A stretch of 62,810 bases of DNA, counting the filler. It is 3 parts of 3 records of this genome, joined end to end, with 100 filler letters (N's around TTAATTAATTAA, not from the genome) between each part and the next. Parts side by side here need not be neighbours in the genome. Positions count along the whole stretch, not along the records: positions 1 to 25,222 come from SRR31156797_12028; 2 more parts are not named here. One strand, written 5' to 3'. Positions 1-10,374 of this stretch are shown in pieces. The first letter of the stretch is position 1. Every line of letters begins with the position of its first letter. Under the pieces are notes generated by a model. It saw only the letters and a program-made list of their open reading frames with translations, was not told the origin of the DNA and made no database searches. The position numbers and the translations under genes were made by a program.

Positions 1-43
1 TTTCTCTGGACTCTTCAAAACTTTTTATTAAGGCTTCGCCACT

Positions 44-2323
44 ATGGATCAGAAAAATTTACGAGATTGGGAAGCTAGGTGTACTCAGGAAGAGCCGCCT
101 AAATGTAAGGCCCGCTGTCCGCTGCATGTGGATGGACGGGAATTTTGTCGTTTATTGGCAGCAGGTCAAATTGACAAGGCTTGGGCCGTACTCTGCAAAA
201 CCATGCCCTTTCCTGCGGTTACAGCCAGAATCTGCAACGGGGACTGTCAAAACGACTGTCTTCGTACCCAAAAGGGCGGTAGTATTGAGCTGGCAGCACT
301 AGAGCGGTTCGCCGCCGAGAATGCCAAACGTTCCCCCATAATTCGATCCTTACCCCCCAAAAGCAAAAATATCGCCATTTTCGGTGCCCATCTTTCCGGG
401 CTGGCCGCCGCTTGGGACCTCGGCAAAAAAGGATTCACCGTTATTGTATTCTGTGAAGACAAGTTACAGGGTTTAGAAAATCTCCCGGCAGACCGGGTCA
501 GTAATGAAATTATCGATAAAGAACTGGCCCAGCTCGGCAAAATGAATGTTTCCTTTGCGGAGCACGGCAAACCGGATCCGCAAACTATTATGGCTGCCTG
601 CGAGAGCTTCGACGCCGTTTTTATCGATCCTTTGGTGTACAACAGTACGCAACTCGGTCTAAGTGAAGTAGATCTCAACACTTTGCAAAGCAGCATTGAT
701 TTTTTATTCGCCTCTCCGGATGTAAGCGATAAATCGCCCATTGAACTCATCGCCATCGGGCGCAAAGGCGCACTTTCCATTGAACGCAAATTACAAAATG
801 CATCCCTCACAGCCGGACGTGATCGCGAAGCCCCGTTCGAGACAAAGCTTTTCACCAATATCAGCAAAGTTGAAGGCATAAGTCCTGTTGCAATCCCGGA
901 TGAAGGTTATTCCCCGGAACAGGCCCACGAAGAAGCTTCCCGCTGCCTTCTTTGCGAGTGCATGGAATGCGTGAACAACTGTGCCTATCTGGAAGAGTTC
1001 AAGAGCTACCCCAAGGCATACGCCCGCCAGATTTACAACAACGCTTCCATTGTCATGGGTACCCGCATGGCCAATACCATGATCAATTCCTGCATGCTCT
1101 GCGGACTCTGCGAACAGGTCTGTCCTGAGAATTTCGCCATGCAGGATATCGTCCTTGAAGCACGGCAGGATCTGGTAGAAAAGGGGCATATGCCGCCCTC
1201 GGCTCATGAATTCGCCTTTCGCGATATGGATTTTGCCGACTCCTCAGCCTGTGCGCTGGTCAAGCACCAGCCGGGAACCGATCAGAGTAAACGAGTTTTC
1301 TTCCCCGGCTGCCAGCTGAGCGCATCCGACCCCGATTCCATTGATCGCACTTACAGACATCTTTGTTCTGCTTTAGACGGCGGGACCGGACTCATGCTAC
1401 GCTGCTGCGGAGCACCTGCGGACTGGGCCGGACAAAAAGAGATGTTCGGACGCAAAATGGAATCCCTGAAACGGGACTGGGAATCGCTTGGACGCCCCCA
1501 GATTATCGCTGCCTGCCCGTCCTGTATGGAAAGTCTGCATAAGGGACTGCCAGAGGCTGATGTCATTTCCCTCTGGTCGGTCTTCAGCTCGGAAGTAGGA
1601 CAGCTTAAACAACACCCGGAAGTTGAACTGCTTTCACTACAGGACCCCTGTTCCGCACGCGACAACCATGAACTGATGAATGATGTGCGTTTGCTGCTCA
1701 GCGGGCTGGATGTGACTTTCAATGAACCGGAACTTTCCGGCACTCATACCGAATGCTGTGGCTTCGGCGGACTGCTGGCAAATGCCAATGAACCTCTTTC
1801 CCGCAAGGCTGCTGACCGCAGGGCCGAAAAACTGGACCATGACGGCGTAACCTATTGCGCCATGTGCCGGGACATGCTCGCCAAAGCAGGAAAACGCTGC
1901 CAGCACATTCTCGACATCATCTTTCCCGACGGCAGTGGGGACCCGGCCGGACGTATGGCCCCCGGCTACTCAGCCCGCCGTGAAAACAGGGTCCGGCTAA
2001 AAGAAACCCTGCTCCGCGAAACATGGAGCGAACAACCCGAACCGCGCAACGATTATGAATCAGTAGCCGTGGAATTCACAGAAGAAGCCCGAGCCATGAT
2101 GGAAAAACGGCGCATCCTTTTATCCGACGTGCAGAAAACACTGCATGCGGTGCAGGGTTCAACGCAAATACTGGAAAACTCAGAGACCGGACACAAGCTG
2201 ATACAGTTTAGACCCGTTACAGTCACCTACTGGGTGGAATACGAAATAAATGACGGGACTTATCTGGTTCACCGGGTCTGGTCCCATCGTATGCGTGTAT
2301 TGGGGATAGGAGGTAGTTCATGA
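44..2323 (+). CDS. Fe-S/CCG-domain oxidoreductase (DVU1558-like pyridine nucleotide-disulfide oxidoreductase/dicluster protein)
   Basis: GltD-like N-terminal CPLHVD/RIC Cys motifs, CxxCxxCxxxC ferredoxin motifs, CCG motifs (CCGAP, CCGFGG). Confidence 0.8.
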   Translation: MDQKNLRDWEARCTQEEPPKCKARCPLHVDGREFCRLLAAGQIDKAWAVLCKTMPFPAVTARICNGDCQNDCLRTQKGGSIELAALERFAAENAKRSPIIRSLPPKSKNIAIFGAHLSGLAAAWDLGKKGFTVIVFCEDKLQGLENLPADRVSNEIIDKELAQLGKMNVSFAEHGKPDPQTIMAACESFDAVFIDPLVYNSTQLGLSEVDLNTLQSSIDFLFASPDVSDKSPIELIAIGRKGALSIERKLQNASLTAGRDREAPFETKLFTNISKVEGISPVAIPDEGYSPEQAHEEASRCLLCECMECVNNCAYLEEFKSYPKAYARQIYNNASIVMGTRMANTMINSCMLCGLCEQVCPENFAMQDIVLEARQDLVEKGHMPPSAHEFAFRDMDFADSSACALVKHQPGTDQSKRVFFPGCQLSASDPDSIDRTYRHLCSALDGGTGLMLRCCGAPADWAGQKEMFGRKMESLKRDWESLGRPQIIAACPSCMESLHKGLPEADVISLWSVFSSEVGQLKQHPEVELLSLQDPCSARDNHELMNDVRLLLSGLDVTFNEPELSGTHTECCGFGGLLANANEPLSRKAADRRAEKLDHDGVTYCAMCRDMLAKAGKRCQHILDIIFPDGSGDPAGRMAPGYSARRENRVRLKETLLRETWSEQPEPRNDYESVAVEFTEEARAMMEKRRILLSDVQKTLHAVQGSTQILENSETGHKLIQFRPVTVTYWVEYEINDGTYLVHRVWSHRMRVLGIGGSS

Positions 2324-2535
2324 GTACCCTAAAAGTTCTGGATGAGGATTTTTCCTCATGGAAATGCGCGACCTGTGGCAAATCCCTGCATCCCTCCCCT
2401 GTTGAACTGGAATATCTGGACAGCAGATTCAATGTAGAGTTGCCCTCCTGCCCGGATTGTGGATTCGTGCTCATTCCCGAAGAACTGGCGCTGGGCAAAA
2501 TGGCCGAAGTGGAACGGATGCTGGAGGATAAATAA
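2320..2535 (+). CDS. small Zn-ribbon redox protein (DVU1557 family)
   Basis: CATC...CPDC pairs; GGAGG RBS; overlaps neighbours. Confidence 0.8.
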   Translation: MSTLKVLDEDFSSWKCATCGKSLHPSPVELEYLDSRFNVELPSCPDCGFVLIPEELALGKMAEVERMLEDK

Positions 2536-3203
2536 TGACCGGAACCCCGCTCTGGGAAAAATCCATCCTCCGCGATGCCGCCGGGAACACCCTACGCCCC
2601 GGAGGTTTCACCATCACTGACCGTGCCGTTAAGTTATCCGGACTTCATGCCAATGCACGGGTGCTGGATGTTGGCTGCGGGCTGGGCGCAACAGTTTCCC
2701 ATCTGCGCAATCAACACGAATTCAAAGCATACGGTATGGATTATTCCCCGCACCAGCTTTCCGAAGCACCGCAAGATTTGCCGCTGACCCGCGCGGACGG
2801 ATCTTCCCTGCCCTTTGCAGATTCCTGCTTTGACGCTATCTTCTGCGAATGTGTGCTCTCGCTCCTGCCGGACAAGAAACAGACCATCAGCGAATTCAAA
2901 CGGGTACTCACAAAAGGCGGCAAGCTGATCATCAGTGACCTCTACCAACGCGGAAAGGGACAACATGGCACAGGGCAGATCCAATGCCTTGACGGATCAT
3001 GTGCCAATTCACCACTCTATCTGGGACGCATAGAACAAATTTTAAAAGAAAACAGGATGCGCATAACCTCTATTGAAGACTATTCCCGACTACTGGTGGA
3101 GCTGGCCGCCAAGCTCGTCTTCGCCGGAGAAATAAATTCCGCCGCCGGACAGAATTGCTGTGACCGACCAGGTTATATGCTGTTGATAGCAACTAAAGAC
3201 TGA
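2535..3203 (+). CDS. class I SAM methyltransferase (DVU1556 family)
   Basis: LRPGG and VLDVGCGLG motif I, CECVLS. Confidence 0.85.
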   Translation: MTGTPLWEKSILRDAAGNTLRPGGFTITDRAVKLSGLHANARVLDVGCGLGATVSHLRNQHEFKAYGMDYSPHQLSEAPQDLPLTRADGSSLPFADSCFDAIFCECVLSLLPDKKQTISEFKRVLTKGGKLIISDLYQRGKGQHGTGQIQCLDGSCANSPLYLGRIEQILKENRMRITSIEDYSRLLVELAAKLVFAGEINSAAGQNCCDRPGYMLLIATKD

Positions 3204-3210
3204 GGCAGAC

Positions 3211-3675
3211 ATGACAGACACTGACATTCGCATAATGCAACTAAATGGTGCAGGTTACTGCTGCGCCCAAATAATGATCATCCTCTGCCTTGATAATTTG
3301 CAGCAGGAGAACCCTAATCTTGTGCGCACAGCACAAGGTCTATGTATGGGCATGGGTGACTGTGCCGGGACCTGCGGAATATTAAGCGGAGGACTCTGCG
3401 CACTGGGACTTTACGCAGGCAAAGGGACGGATATTGAAACAGCTGAAGATAATTACCCCCTGCTGGTAGAAACTTTCCGGGAATGGTTCAAAGAACGAGT
3501 CAGTAATGAATTCGGCGGCATTAACTGTACTGATATTCTTGACGGCGAATGCGGAGCGCCAAGGGCGGACCGCTGCGGGGTCCTGCTAGGTGAAGCCTAC
3601 ACTCAGCTGGTGAATATTTTACTGGAAAACGGATTTGATCCGGCTGTTGGAAGGGATGATTCTGATGGATATTAG
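3211..3675 (+). CDS. C-GCAxxG-C-C family redox protein (DVU1555-like)
   Basis: CCAQ...TCGILSGG...C...C pattern. Confidence 0.8.
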   Translation: MTDTDIRIMQLNGAGYCCAQIMIILCLDNLQQENPNLVRTAQGLCMGMGDCAGTCGILSGGLCALGLYAGKGTDIETAEDNYPLLVETFREWFKERVSNEFGGINCTDILDGECGAPRADRCGVLLGEAYTQLVNILLENGFDPAVGRDDSDGY

Positions 3676-5014
3676 TTTTGACGTTACTGAGACCGAATCC
3701 CTTTGCCCGCTCTGTTTGAAAAAGATTCCTGCCCGCAGGGTTACTGAAAATGGTGAAAGTCGACTTGTGAAGGAATGTCCGGAACACGGTAAATTCAGCA
3801 CTCCTTTTTGGCGCGGGAAACCTGCTATTTCCGGCTGGTCACGTCCTAAAATCCCCTCCACTCCCCCGGTGATGGATACAACTGAGAGCAAGGGCTGTCC
3901 TTTCGACTGCGGCCTTTGCCCGGACCACAGCCAGCACACCTGCACCACACTGGTGGAAATCACCTGGCGTTGTGATCTGAAATGTAAGGTCTGCTTTGCC
4001 TCGGCAGGGCAAAAAGTAAAGGCTGACCCCACAGTCCCTGAACTTGATAAATTGCTGGAAAAAGTCCGTAAAACAGCCGGGCCATGCAATCTGCAACTTT
4101 CCGGCGGCGAACCAGCGATGCGCGACGACCTGCCACGCATTGCCGGACTGGCAAAGAAGCACGGATTTCCATTTGTTCAGGTCAATACCAACGGGGTACG
4201 CGTAGCCCGCGACCCAGGACTTGCCAAACGCTGGGCCATTGGCGGCGTGGATTCCGCATTCTTGCAGTTTGACGGCACGTGTGACCATATTTACAAGAAA
4301 ATCCGAGGCCGCAACCTGCTTGAAGAAAAAATAAAAGCAATTGAGAACCTCACTGCGGCAGGAATCGGGGTAGTGCTGGTGCCTACTGTTGTTCCCGGCG
4401 TCAATGACGATGACATCGGCGAAATACTGAAGCTGGCTGTTTCATATGCTCCAGGAGTTCGCGGGGTACATTTTCAGCCTGTCAGCTATTTCGGACGATA
4501 TCCCTCCCCCCCTTCAGACGAGATGCGCATCACCCTGCCGGAGATCATGACCGCCCTTGAAGAACAGAGCGGACAGTTGGTCCACAGGGAAGATTTCATG
4601 CCTCCGGGCTGTGAACATTCCCTATGCTCTTTCCACGCCAACTATCTTGTCATGGAAGACGGCAGTCTGAAAAAACTTTCCGCCAAAAAAGAAGGCTGCT
4701 GCACCCCGAAACCAGCTTCTGAAGGAGCGGACAAATCCAAGGCTTTCGTACGCCGCCAATGGGCTGCACCGGAAGAAGCCTGCGAGTGCGAAAAACCGCA
4801 GGACGACCTCGACCGCTTTTTGAACCGGGCCAAAACCCATATTCTAGCCATATCAGGAATGGCTTTTCAAGACGCATGGACACTTGACCTTGACCGCCTA
4901 AAAGGGTGTTGTATCCATGTTGCCGATCCCGACGGCAGACTGATTCCTTTCTGCGCCTATAACCTGACCGCCATGGACGGCTCCACCTTATATAGGAGGA
5001 TGATTGATGACTGA
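3665..5014 (+). CDS. trsS: radical SAM protein, TrsS-like
   Basis: CDLKCKVC cluster motif, GCPFDCGLC N-terminus, CCIHV...PFCAYN C-terminus; start estimated. Confidence 0.75.
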   Translation: MDISFDVTETESLCPLCLKKIPARRVTENGESRLVKECPEHGKFSTPFWRGKPAISGWSRPKIPSTPPVMDTTESKGCPFDCGLCPDHSQHTCTTLVEITWRCDLKCKVCFASAGQKVKADPTVPELDKLLEKVRKTAGPCNLQLSGGEPAMRDDLPRIAGLAKKHGFPFVQVNTNGVRVARDPGLAKRWAIGGVDSAFLQFDGTCDHIYKKIRGRNLLEEKIKAIENLTAAGIGVVLVPTVVPGVNDDDIGEILKLAVSYAPGVRGVHFQPVSYFGRYPSPPSDEMRITLPEIMTALEEQSGQLVHREDFMPPGCEHSLCSFHANYLVMEDGSLKKLSAKKEGCCTPKPASEGADKSKAFVRRQWAAPEEACECEKPQDDLDRFLNRAKTHILAISGMAFQDAWTLDLDRLKGCCIHVADPDGRLIPFCAYNLTAMDGSTLYRRMIDD

Positions 5015-6341
5015 CCGCCCGCTGGGTAAATGGCTCAATCTGCGCATGGGCCGTGATCCCGATATGCAACCTGTCTCTGTACACGAACTGCAGGAATGGC
5101 AATTCGCTTCTTTACGCCAGACAATGTTTCAAGCTGTAAGAAACTGCCCTTTCTACCATGATCGGCTGGCCGGAGTTCAAACCGGGGCAGTGCACTCTCC
5201 TGCGGACCTTGAAAAACTGCCTTTCACCACTGCCGAGGACCTGCGCAATGGTCCTGAAAACTTTCTCTGCGTCTCACAGGATGAAGTTGCCAGAGCCGTC
5301 ACCTTGGCAAGCTCCGGCTCCAGCGGCCCGCCCAAACGACTGTTCTTCACTGCCGGGGACCTTGAACGGACCATCGAATTTTTCCAGTACGGCATGTCCT
5401 CCATGCTGAGGGAAGGAGAAACCATTCTGGCAATCCTGCCCGATTCCCGGCCCGGAGGAGTCGGTTCACTTTTCGCGGAATCAATTTCATTACTGGGCGG
5501 GGAAACCGTGCTTCCGGTCAGCCCGTCCTATATCAGTACCCTATTCAACCTACTGCTCGACACTCACGCCAGCTGCATTTTAGGTCCGGCCATCCAGATC
5601 CATGCCTTGGCCCGCATGCTGGAAAGCAAAGGGATCACCATCAACCATGTCCGCTCGGTGCTGCTCTGCTGGGATGTGCTTCCTCAGACCAGTATACAGA
5701 CCATTGCCCGGGTCTTCGGATGTGAAGTTTTCTCCCACTGGGGCATGACTGAAACCTGCCTTGGCGGCGGAGTGGACTGCCACGCCGGATCAGGAATGCA
5801 TTTACGGGAACCGGACTTCTTTGTAGAAATCATCAACCCGGCCACAGAAAAACAGGTCCCGGACGGACACAAGGGCGAAATCGTAATCAGCACCCTTTCC
5901 CGCAGGGCAATGCCTCTGATCCGCTACCGCACCGGAGATGTGGGCTGCATCATGCCTGATGAGTGTTCCTGCGGCTTGCCCTTGCGCAGGCTGGGGACGA
6001 TTGAAGGCAGGCTGGATGACGGCATCATCCTACCCGGAGGAAGCCGACTGGACTTGGGCGAACTGAACAACATCATTCTTGCCCATAAAGAAATTCTCGA
6101 CTTCAAAGTTGAATATCAAACCGATGAACTGGCCCTATCCTTCAAGCTGGATGTATTGCCCGGAGCCAAACCCAGCCCGGAAATTAAACAGTTGCTCATG
6201 AGCTATCCCAAAATCCAGCAGGCTTGCGCCAACCACAATTTGAAAATATCAACCAGACTTGCCCATCAGGATGGAACCATCCATTCCGGTTTCGGCAAGC
6301 GATCCATAACAGTCAACCCGACAAAGGCCGGTACCTTATGA
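5004..6341 (+). CDS. phenylacetate-CoA ligase-like AMP-dependent ligase (DVU1553 family)
   Basis: SSGSSGPPK P-loop, WGMTE, IRYRTGD. Confidence 0.85.
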   Translation: MMTDRPLGKWLNLRMGRDPDMQPVSVHELQEWQFASLRQTMFQAVRNCPFYHDRLAGVQTGAVHSPADLEKLPFTTAEDLRNGPENFLCVSQDEVARAVTLASSGSSGPPKRLFFTAGDLERTIEFFQYGMSSMLREGETILAILPDSRPGGVGSLFAESISLLGGETVLPVSPSYISTLFNLLLDTHASCILGPAIQIHALARMLESKGITINHVRSVLLCWDVLPQTSIQTIARVFGCEVFSHWGMTETCLGGGVDCHAGSGMHLREPDFFVEIINPATEKQVPDGHKGEIVISTLSRRAMPLIRYRTGDVGCIMPDECSCGLPLRRLGTIEGRLDDGIILPGGSRLDLGELNNIILAHKEILDFKVEYQTDELALSFKLDVLPGAKPSPEIKQLLMSYPKIQQACANHNLKISTRLAHQDGTIHSGFGKRSITVNPTKAGTL

Positions 6342-7375
6342 AAAAACTCATCTCCAATCTCTGTGCCCAGCTCGAATCCGGCAATGACCTCATTCTGGCT
6401 TCCATTATAAAAAGCTCCGGCTCCACTCCCCGCTCTTCGGGCAGTAAGATGGTCGTAATGCGAGATGGCACCATTGACGGAACCATCGGCGGCGGACTGG
6501 TAGAAGCGCTGGTCCAGAAAGAGGCCGCAACGCTATTTAACGAATCCGCAAACACAGTATCTTTCCGTGAATTTGACCTGTCCAATGAACTGGCCGCCAA
6601 TGCGGACATGATCTGCGGCGGGCATGTGGAAGTCATGCTTGAACACCTGCCTGCGGAAGAAGAGACCATAACTGTTTTCTCCGCTGTGAACGAAGCTTTA
6701 CGCAAGGGCAAACATGCAGTGCTGTTTACTGTTTCAGAAGAAGGCTTAATCAAGGAAAGGCAAGCTGTACGCCCCTGCTGCCAGTTACCGGAACTTCAAT
6801 TCGCAGAGGAAAAAGAAGCTACTCGGCTGCTTGAATCCGCCCTAAAATCAGGGACTCCGGTAATGGAAAACATTGCAGGTGCATTACTGACTACCGAAGC
6901 CTTTATCCCCCAGCCGGACCTTTACATTTTCGGTGCCGGACATGTTTCCCGACCAACAGCAGAACTGGCCTCGGCTGTCAACTTCCGCACTGTTGTCCTT
7001 GATGACCGGGCTGATTTCGCCAACGAGGAAAGATTCCCGCAAGCAGCTGAAATTCATGTCCTGCCCGATTTCAAGAATTGTTTTGAAGGGCTGGAAGTAA
7101 ATGACAATTCATACATCATCATCGTTACCAGAGGACATTTACACGACAAAACAGTGCTGGGGCAGGCTCTTGCCACTCCGGCCCGTTATGTGGGGATGAT
7201 CGGCAGCTCCAAGAAACGCAACGCCATATACGATGCCCTGCGCGAAGAGGGAGTTGCGCAGGAAGAAATCGATCGTTGCTACTGCCCCATCGGTCTTTCA
7301 ATCGGAGCACAGACACCTGAGGAAATAGCAGTATCAATTGTAGGAGAACTGATCCAGAAACGTGCCGGGGGTTAA
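6338..7375 (+). CDS. xdhC: XdhC family Mo-hydroxylase maturation factor
   Basis: GSTPR, GTIGGG, MICGG, FGAGHV, VTRGHLHD, PIGL..GAQTPEEIA; ATG overlaps upstream stop. Confidence 0.9.
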   Translation: MKKLISNLCAQLESGNDLILASIIKSSGSTPRSSGSKMVVMRDGTIDGTIGGGLVEALVQKEAATLFNESANTVSFREFDLSNELAANADMICGGHVEVMLEHLPAEEETITVFSAVNEALRKGKHAVLFTVSEEGLIKERQAVRPCCQLPELQFAEEKEATRLLESALKSGTPVMENIAGALLTTEAFIPQPDLYIFGAGHVSRPTAELASAVNFRTVVLDDRADFANEERFPQAAEIHVLPDFKNCFEGLEVNDNSYIIIVTRGHLHDKTVLGQALATPARYVGMIGSSKKRNAIYDALREEGVAQEEIDRCYCPIGLSIGAQTPEEIAVSIVGELIQKRAGG

Positions 7376-7377
7376 GC

Positions 7378-8514
7378 ATGAAAATTTACGGACTGATTCT
7401 GGCGGCGGGCTTTTCGTCGCGCATGGGTAAGCTGAAAGCACTGCTGCCGCTGGACGGCTGTACTGTGCTTTCCCGTTGCATCCGTTCATTAGTCAACGGG
7501 GGAGCTTCCGATGTCTTTGTGGTCACCGGACATAAGGCGGATCAGGTCGGAGCCGAAGCAAAAGTGCTGGGTATGCATGAAATTTTCAACCCGGATTATG
7601 AACAGGGTATGTTTTCCTCAGTCAGAGCAGGAGTACAGGGATTACCGAGCGATACATCCGCCTTTCTTGTTCTCCCGGTTGATATCCCATTGGTTCGCTC
7701 TTCAACAATCCGGGCCCTGACCTTTGACTACTCATCAGATCCCGCTGACATAATTTATCCCTGCTTCCGGGGTGAACGGGGTCATCCACCGTTGATCAGC
7801 GCCAAACTTATCCCCGAAATTCTGACCCACGACGGAAACGGAGGACTGCGCGCAGTCCTTGAAAGGCATGAACACAATACCCGGGAACGCAACATGCCGG
7901 ACCTCGGCATCCTGCGTGATCTGGACACCCCCGAAGATTATGAACAGGCCCGGACAATATCGCGCCGCCGCATCCCCCTGCCTGAGGAATGCGAAGCTCT
8001 CTGGGACTTGGCCGAGACTCCACCCCAGACCCGGGAACATTGTAAAACAGTGGCCGAGGCTGCCTGTATTATGGCTGAAGCACTTAACAAAACCCGCAGC
8101 CATCAGAAAATTTTGGACCTCAATGTGATCAAATGTGCAGCCTTGATGCACGACGTTGCCAAGCTAAAACGCAACCACGAAGCCGCAGGAGCAGCCATTC
8201 TTGCGGGATATGGTTTTTCCGGAATTGCCGACATTGTAGCCGCCCACCGGGACACGGACATCAAACCCGACTCCCCGCTTACGGAGCAGGAAATAGTATT
8301 TCTGGCCGACAAGCTTTTTCAGGGAACCACCCCGGTATCGCTTGACCAACGTTATGGAAAAACCCTTAAGCGTTGGAAGGATGATCCCGAAGCGGTTGAC
8401 GCTATAACCGGCAGACTTTCACGGGCCAAAGACCTGCTCCAGAGATATGAACAGGAAGCTGGAATCAACATTCCCCAGCAACTGCCCCCATTGCTGGACA
8501 AGGAACTTTTATGA
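7378..8514 (+). CDS. MocA-like nucleotidyltransferase fused to HD domain (DVU1551 family)
   Basis: ILAAGFSSRMG, GMFSS, GHPP, DLDTPEDY; C-terminal HC...HDVAK...H...ADK. Confidence 0.85.
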   Translation: MKIYGLILAAGFSSRMGKLKALLPLDGCTVLSRCIRSLVNGGASDVFVVTGHKADQVGAEAKVLGMHEIFNPDYEQGMFSSVRAGVQGLPSDTSAFLVLPVDIPLVRSSTIRALTFDYSSDPADIIYPCFRGERGHPPLISAKLIPEILTHDGNGGLRAVLERHEHNTRERNMPDLGILRDLDTPEDYEQARTISRRRIPLPEECEALWDLAETPPQTREHCKTVAEAACIMAEALNKTRSHQKILDLNVIKCAALMHDVAKLKRNHEAAGAAILAGYGFSGIADIVAAHRDTDIKPDSPLTEQEIVFLADKLFQGTTPVSLDQRYGKTLKRWKDDPEAVDAITGRLSRAKDLLQRYEQEAGINIPQQLPPLLDKELL

Positions 8515-9131
8515 TTGTGCTCATCCGCCACGGGGAGATAGAGGGAGCCAAGAGGCGGGCTGTGGGTCAAATTGACCTGCATCTTTCTAAAAACGGACTT
8601 AAGCAGGCAGCACAACTGGCTGAGTCCTTGGACACCTTCCAACCTCGGCGTATCTATTGCAGTCCCCTGACCAGAACAGTGCAGACCGCATCATTTATTG
8701 AAAAGCAGTGCACTCTCAAAGCAATTCATGTTTCTGAAATTAAAGAAATCAATCTCGGTGAATGGGATGGATTGGACTTTGCTGAACTCAAGAAATTGTA
8801 TCCATGGGACTACAAGCAACGCGGGGAAGACATTGCAGGTTTCCGCGCACCTGGAGGAGAAAATTTTACTGACGTTAAGGAACGGGTCAGCTCTTTTCTG
8901 GAACAGCTTGATGGAAATGATCCGGTCATCGTAGTTACCCATGCCGGAGTGATCAGGACTGTGCTGCATATTGTGCTGGGCTTTCCGCTGGACAATATAT
9001 TCAGGATAAAACCGGACTATTGTCATACGACAGTCCTCGCCAAAAATAAAAACGGATTCAGCTTGCAGGCATATAACCTCCCCCCAACCTCCGGACTGGG
9101 CGACCATCTAGTAACGCTGATGCCGGATTAA
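8511..9131 (+). CDS. histidine phosphatase family protein
   Basis: RHGE, SPLTR, THAGVIR. Confidence 0.9.
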   Translation: MIVLIRHGEIEGAKRRAVGQIDLHLSKNGLKQAAQLAESLDTFQPRRIYCSPLTRTVQTASFIEKQCTLKAIHVSEIKEINLGEWDGLDFAELKKLYPWDYKQRGEDIAGFRAPGGENFTDVKERVSSFLEQLDGNDPVIVVTHAGVIRTVLHIVLGFPLDNIFRIKPDYCHTTVLAKNKNGFSLQAYNLPPTSGLGDHLVTLMPD

Positions 9132-9231
9132 GGTCGATTAACCTGCCCTTGACTTATTTCCCATGCAGACCCACAATCAAATAATGTAATAATTATATAA
9201 AGATAGACATAATTTCAAGAAGAGGAAGAAT

Positions 9232-10374
9232 ATGCAGGTAACCAAATTCGCCATCCCGGAAGTAATTTTCGGAAACGGCAGCATCACCTATCTGGCTTCA
9301 TGCGCCCAGAGGCTGGGAGCCAAGCGGGTCCTGCTGGTCAGCGACAAAGGATTGGAAAAATCCGGCTGGGTAAAAATCATCATCAATCTTCTTAAAGCCG
9401 CCAATCTGGACTGCGTATATTTCGACGGCCTGACCGCCAACCCGCGAGCCTGCCAGATTCAGCAGGGAGCGCAGCTTTACCGTGACCATAAGGCTGACGT
9501 CATCATCGGACTTGGCGGGGGAAGCCCCATTGATGCCTCCAAGGGCATTGCCACCATCGTCAGCAATGGCGGGGAAATCCACGACTATGAAGGAGCCAAC
9601 CGCATCAGCCGTCCCCTGCCGCCCATGATCCTGATCCCCACCACCGCCGGAAGCGGTTCTGATGTTTCACAATACGCCATCATCACCGACAAAAAACGTA
9701 AGGTGAAGATGGCCATTATCAGCCGCTCGCTGGTACCCAATATTTCCATTATCGACCCAGATCTACTGGTCACCAAACCACGGGAACTGATCCTTGCCTC
9801 GGCAGTGGATGCACTGGCCCATGCAATTGAATCCTATGTTTCCCGGCTGGCTTCGCCCTTTACGGAATCGCAAGCCCTGACCGCCATCAGGCTCATTGCC
9901 GGAAACATCAAAACCGCAGCCAACTCCAAAAATTCTGAAGCTTTGAAAAATCTTTCCATTGCCAGCACCGCAGCGGGCATGTCCTTCAGCAATGCCGGAC
10001 TGGGGGTCGGCCATTCTCTGGCTCATTCCCTCGGCGGCCGTTACGATGTAACCCACGGTTTGACTCTGCCCATCCTGCTCCCTTCAGTGGTCCGCTTCAA
10101 CAAGCATTGCGCTGAAAGAAAAATGGAAACCATTGCCCGGACCATCAACGAAAGTTGTCCGGCACCAATGAAGCAGAAGAAGCATGACCTGAGTGCAATA
10201 CTGCAAACCATGTTCGAAGAGCTGGGAATCCCCATGCGCTTACGTGAAATTGTCCCGGACAATGATCAGATGGAAGAAATCTGCCGTCTTGCGGCCAGAG
10301 ATGCCTGCACAGTCACCAACCCGCGGGAAGCGGACTGTGAAGATCTTATGTCGATCTGTGCGGAGGCTTGGTAA
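9232..10374 (+). CDS. iron-containing alcohol dehydrogenase-like protein, probably regulatory (ErcA-like)
   Basis: GGGS, PTTAGSGS, D/H/H/H ligands; stop overlaps kinase start. Confidence 0.8.
   Translation: MQVTKFAIPEVIFGNGSITYLASCAQRLGAKRVLLVSDKGLEKSGWVKIIINLLKAANLDCVYFDGLTANPRACQIQQGAQLYRDHKADVIIGLGGGSPIDASKGIATIVSNGGEIHDYEGANRISRPLPPMILIPTTAGSGSDVSQYAIITDKKRKVKMAIISRSLVPNISIIDPDLLVTKPRELILASAVDALAHAIESYVSRLASPFTESQALTAIRLIAGNIKTAANSKNSEALKNLSIASTAAGMSFSNAGLGVGHSLAHSLGGRYDVTHGLTLPILLPSVVRFNKHCAERKMETIARTINESCPAPMKQKKHDLSAILQTMFEELGIPMRLREIVPDNDQMEEICRLAARDACTVTNPREADCEDLMSICAEAW

Noticed and set aside
3211-5014. Selenocysteine recoding in the TrsS-like and C-GCAxxG-C-C genes (also the peroxiredoxin)
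   Set aside because: ORFs are full length with Cys at the motif positions and no internal TGA
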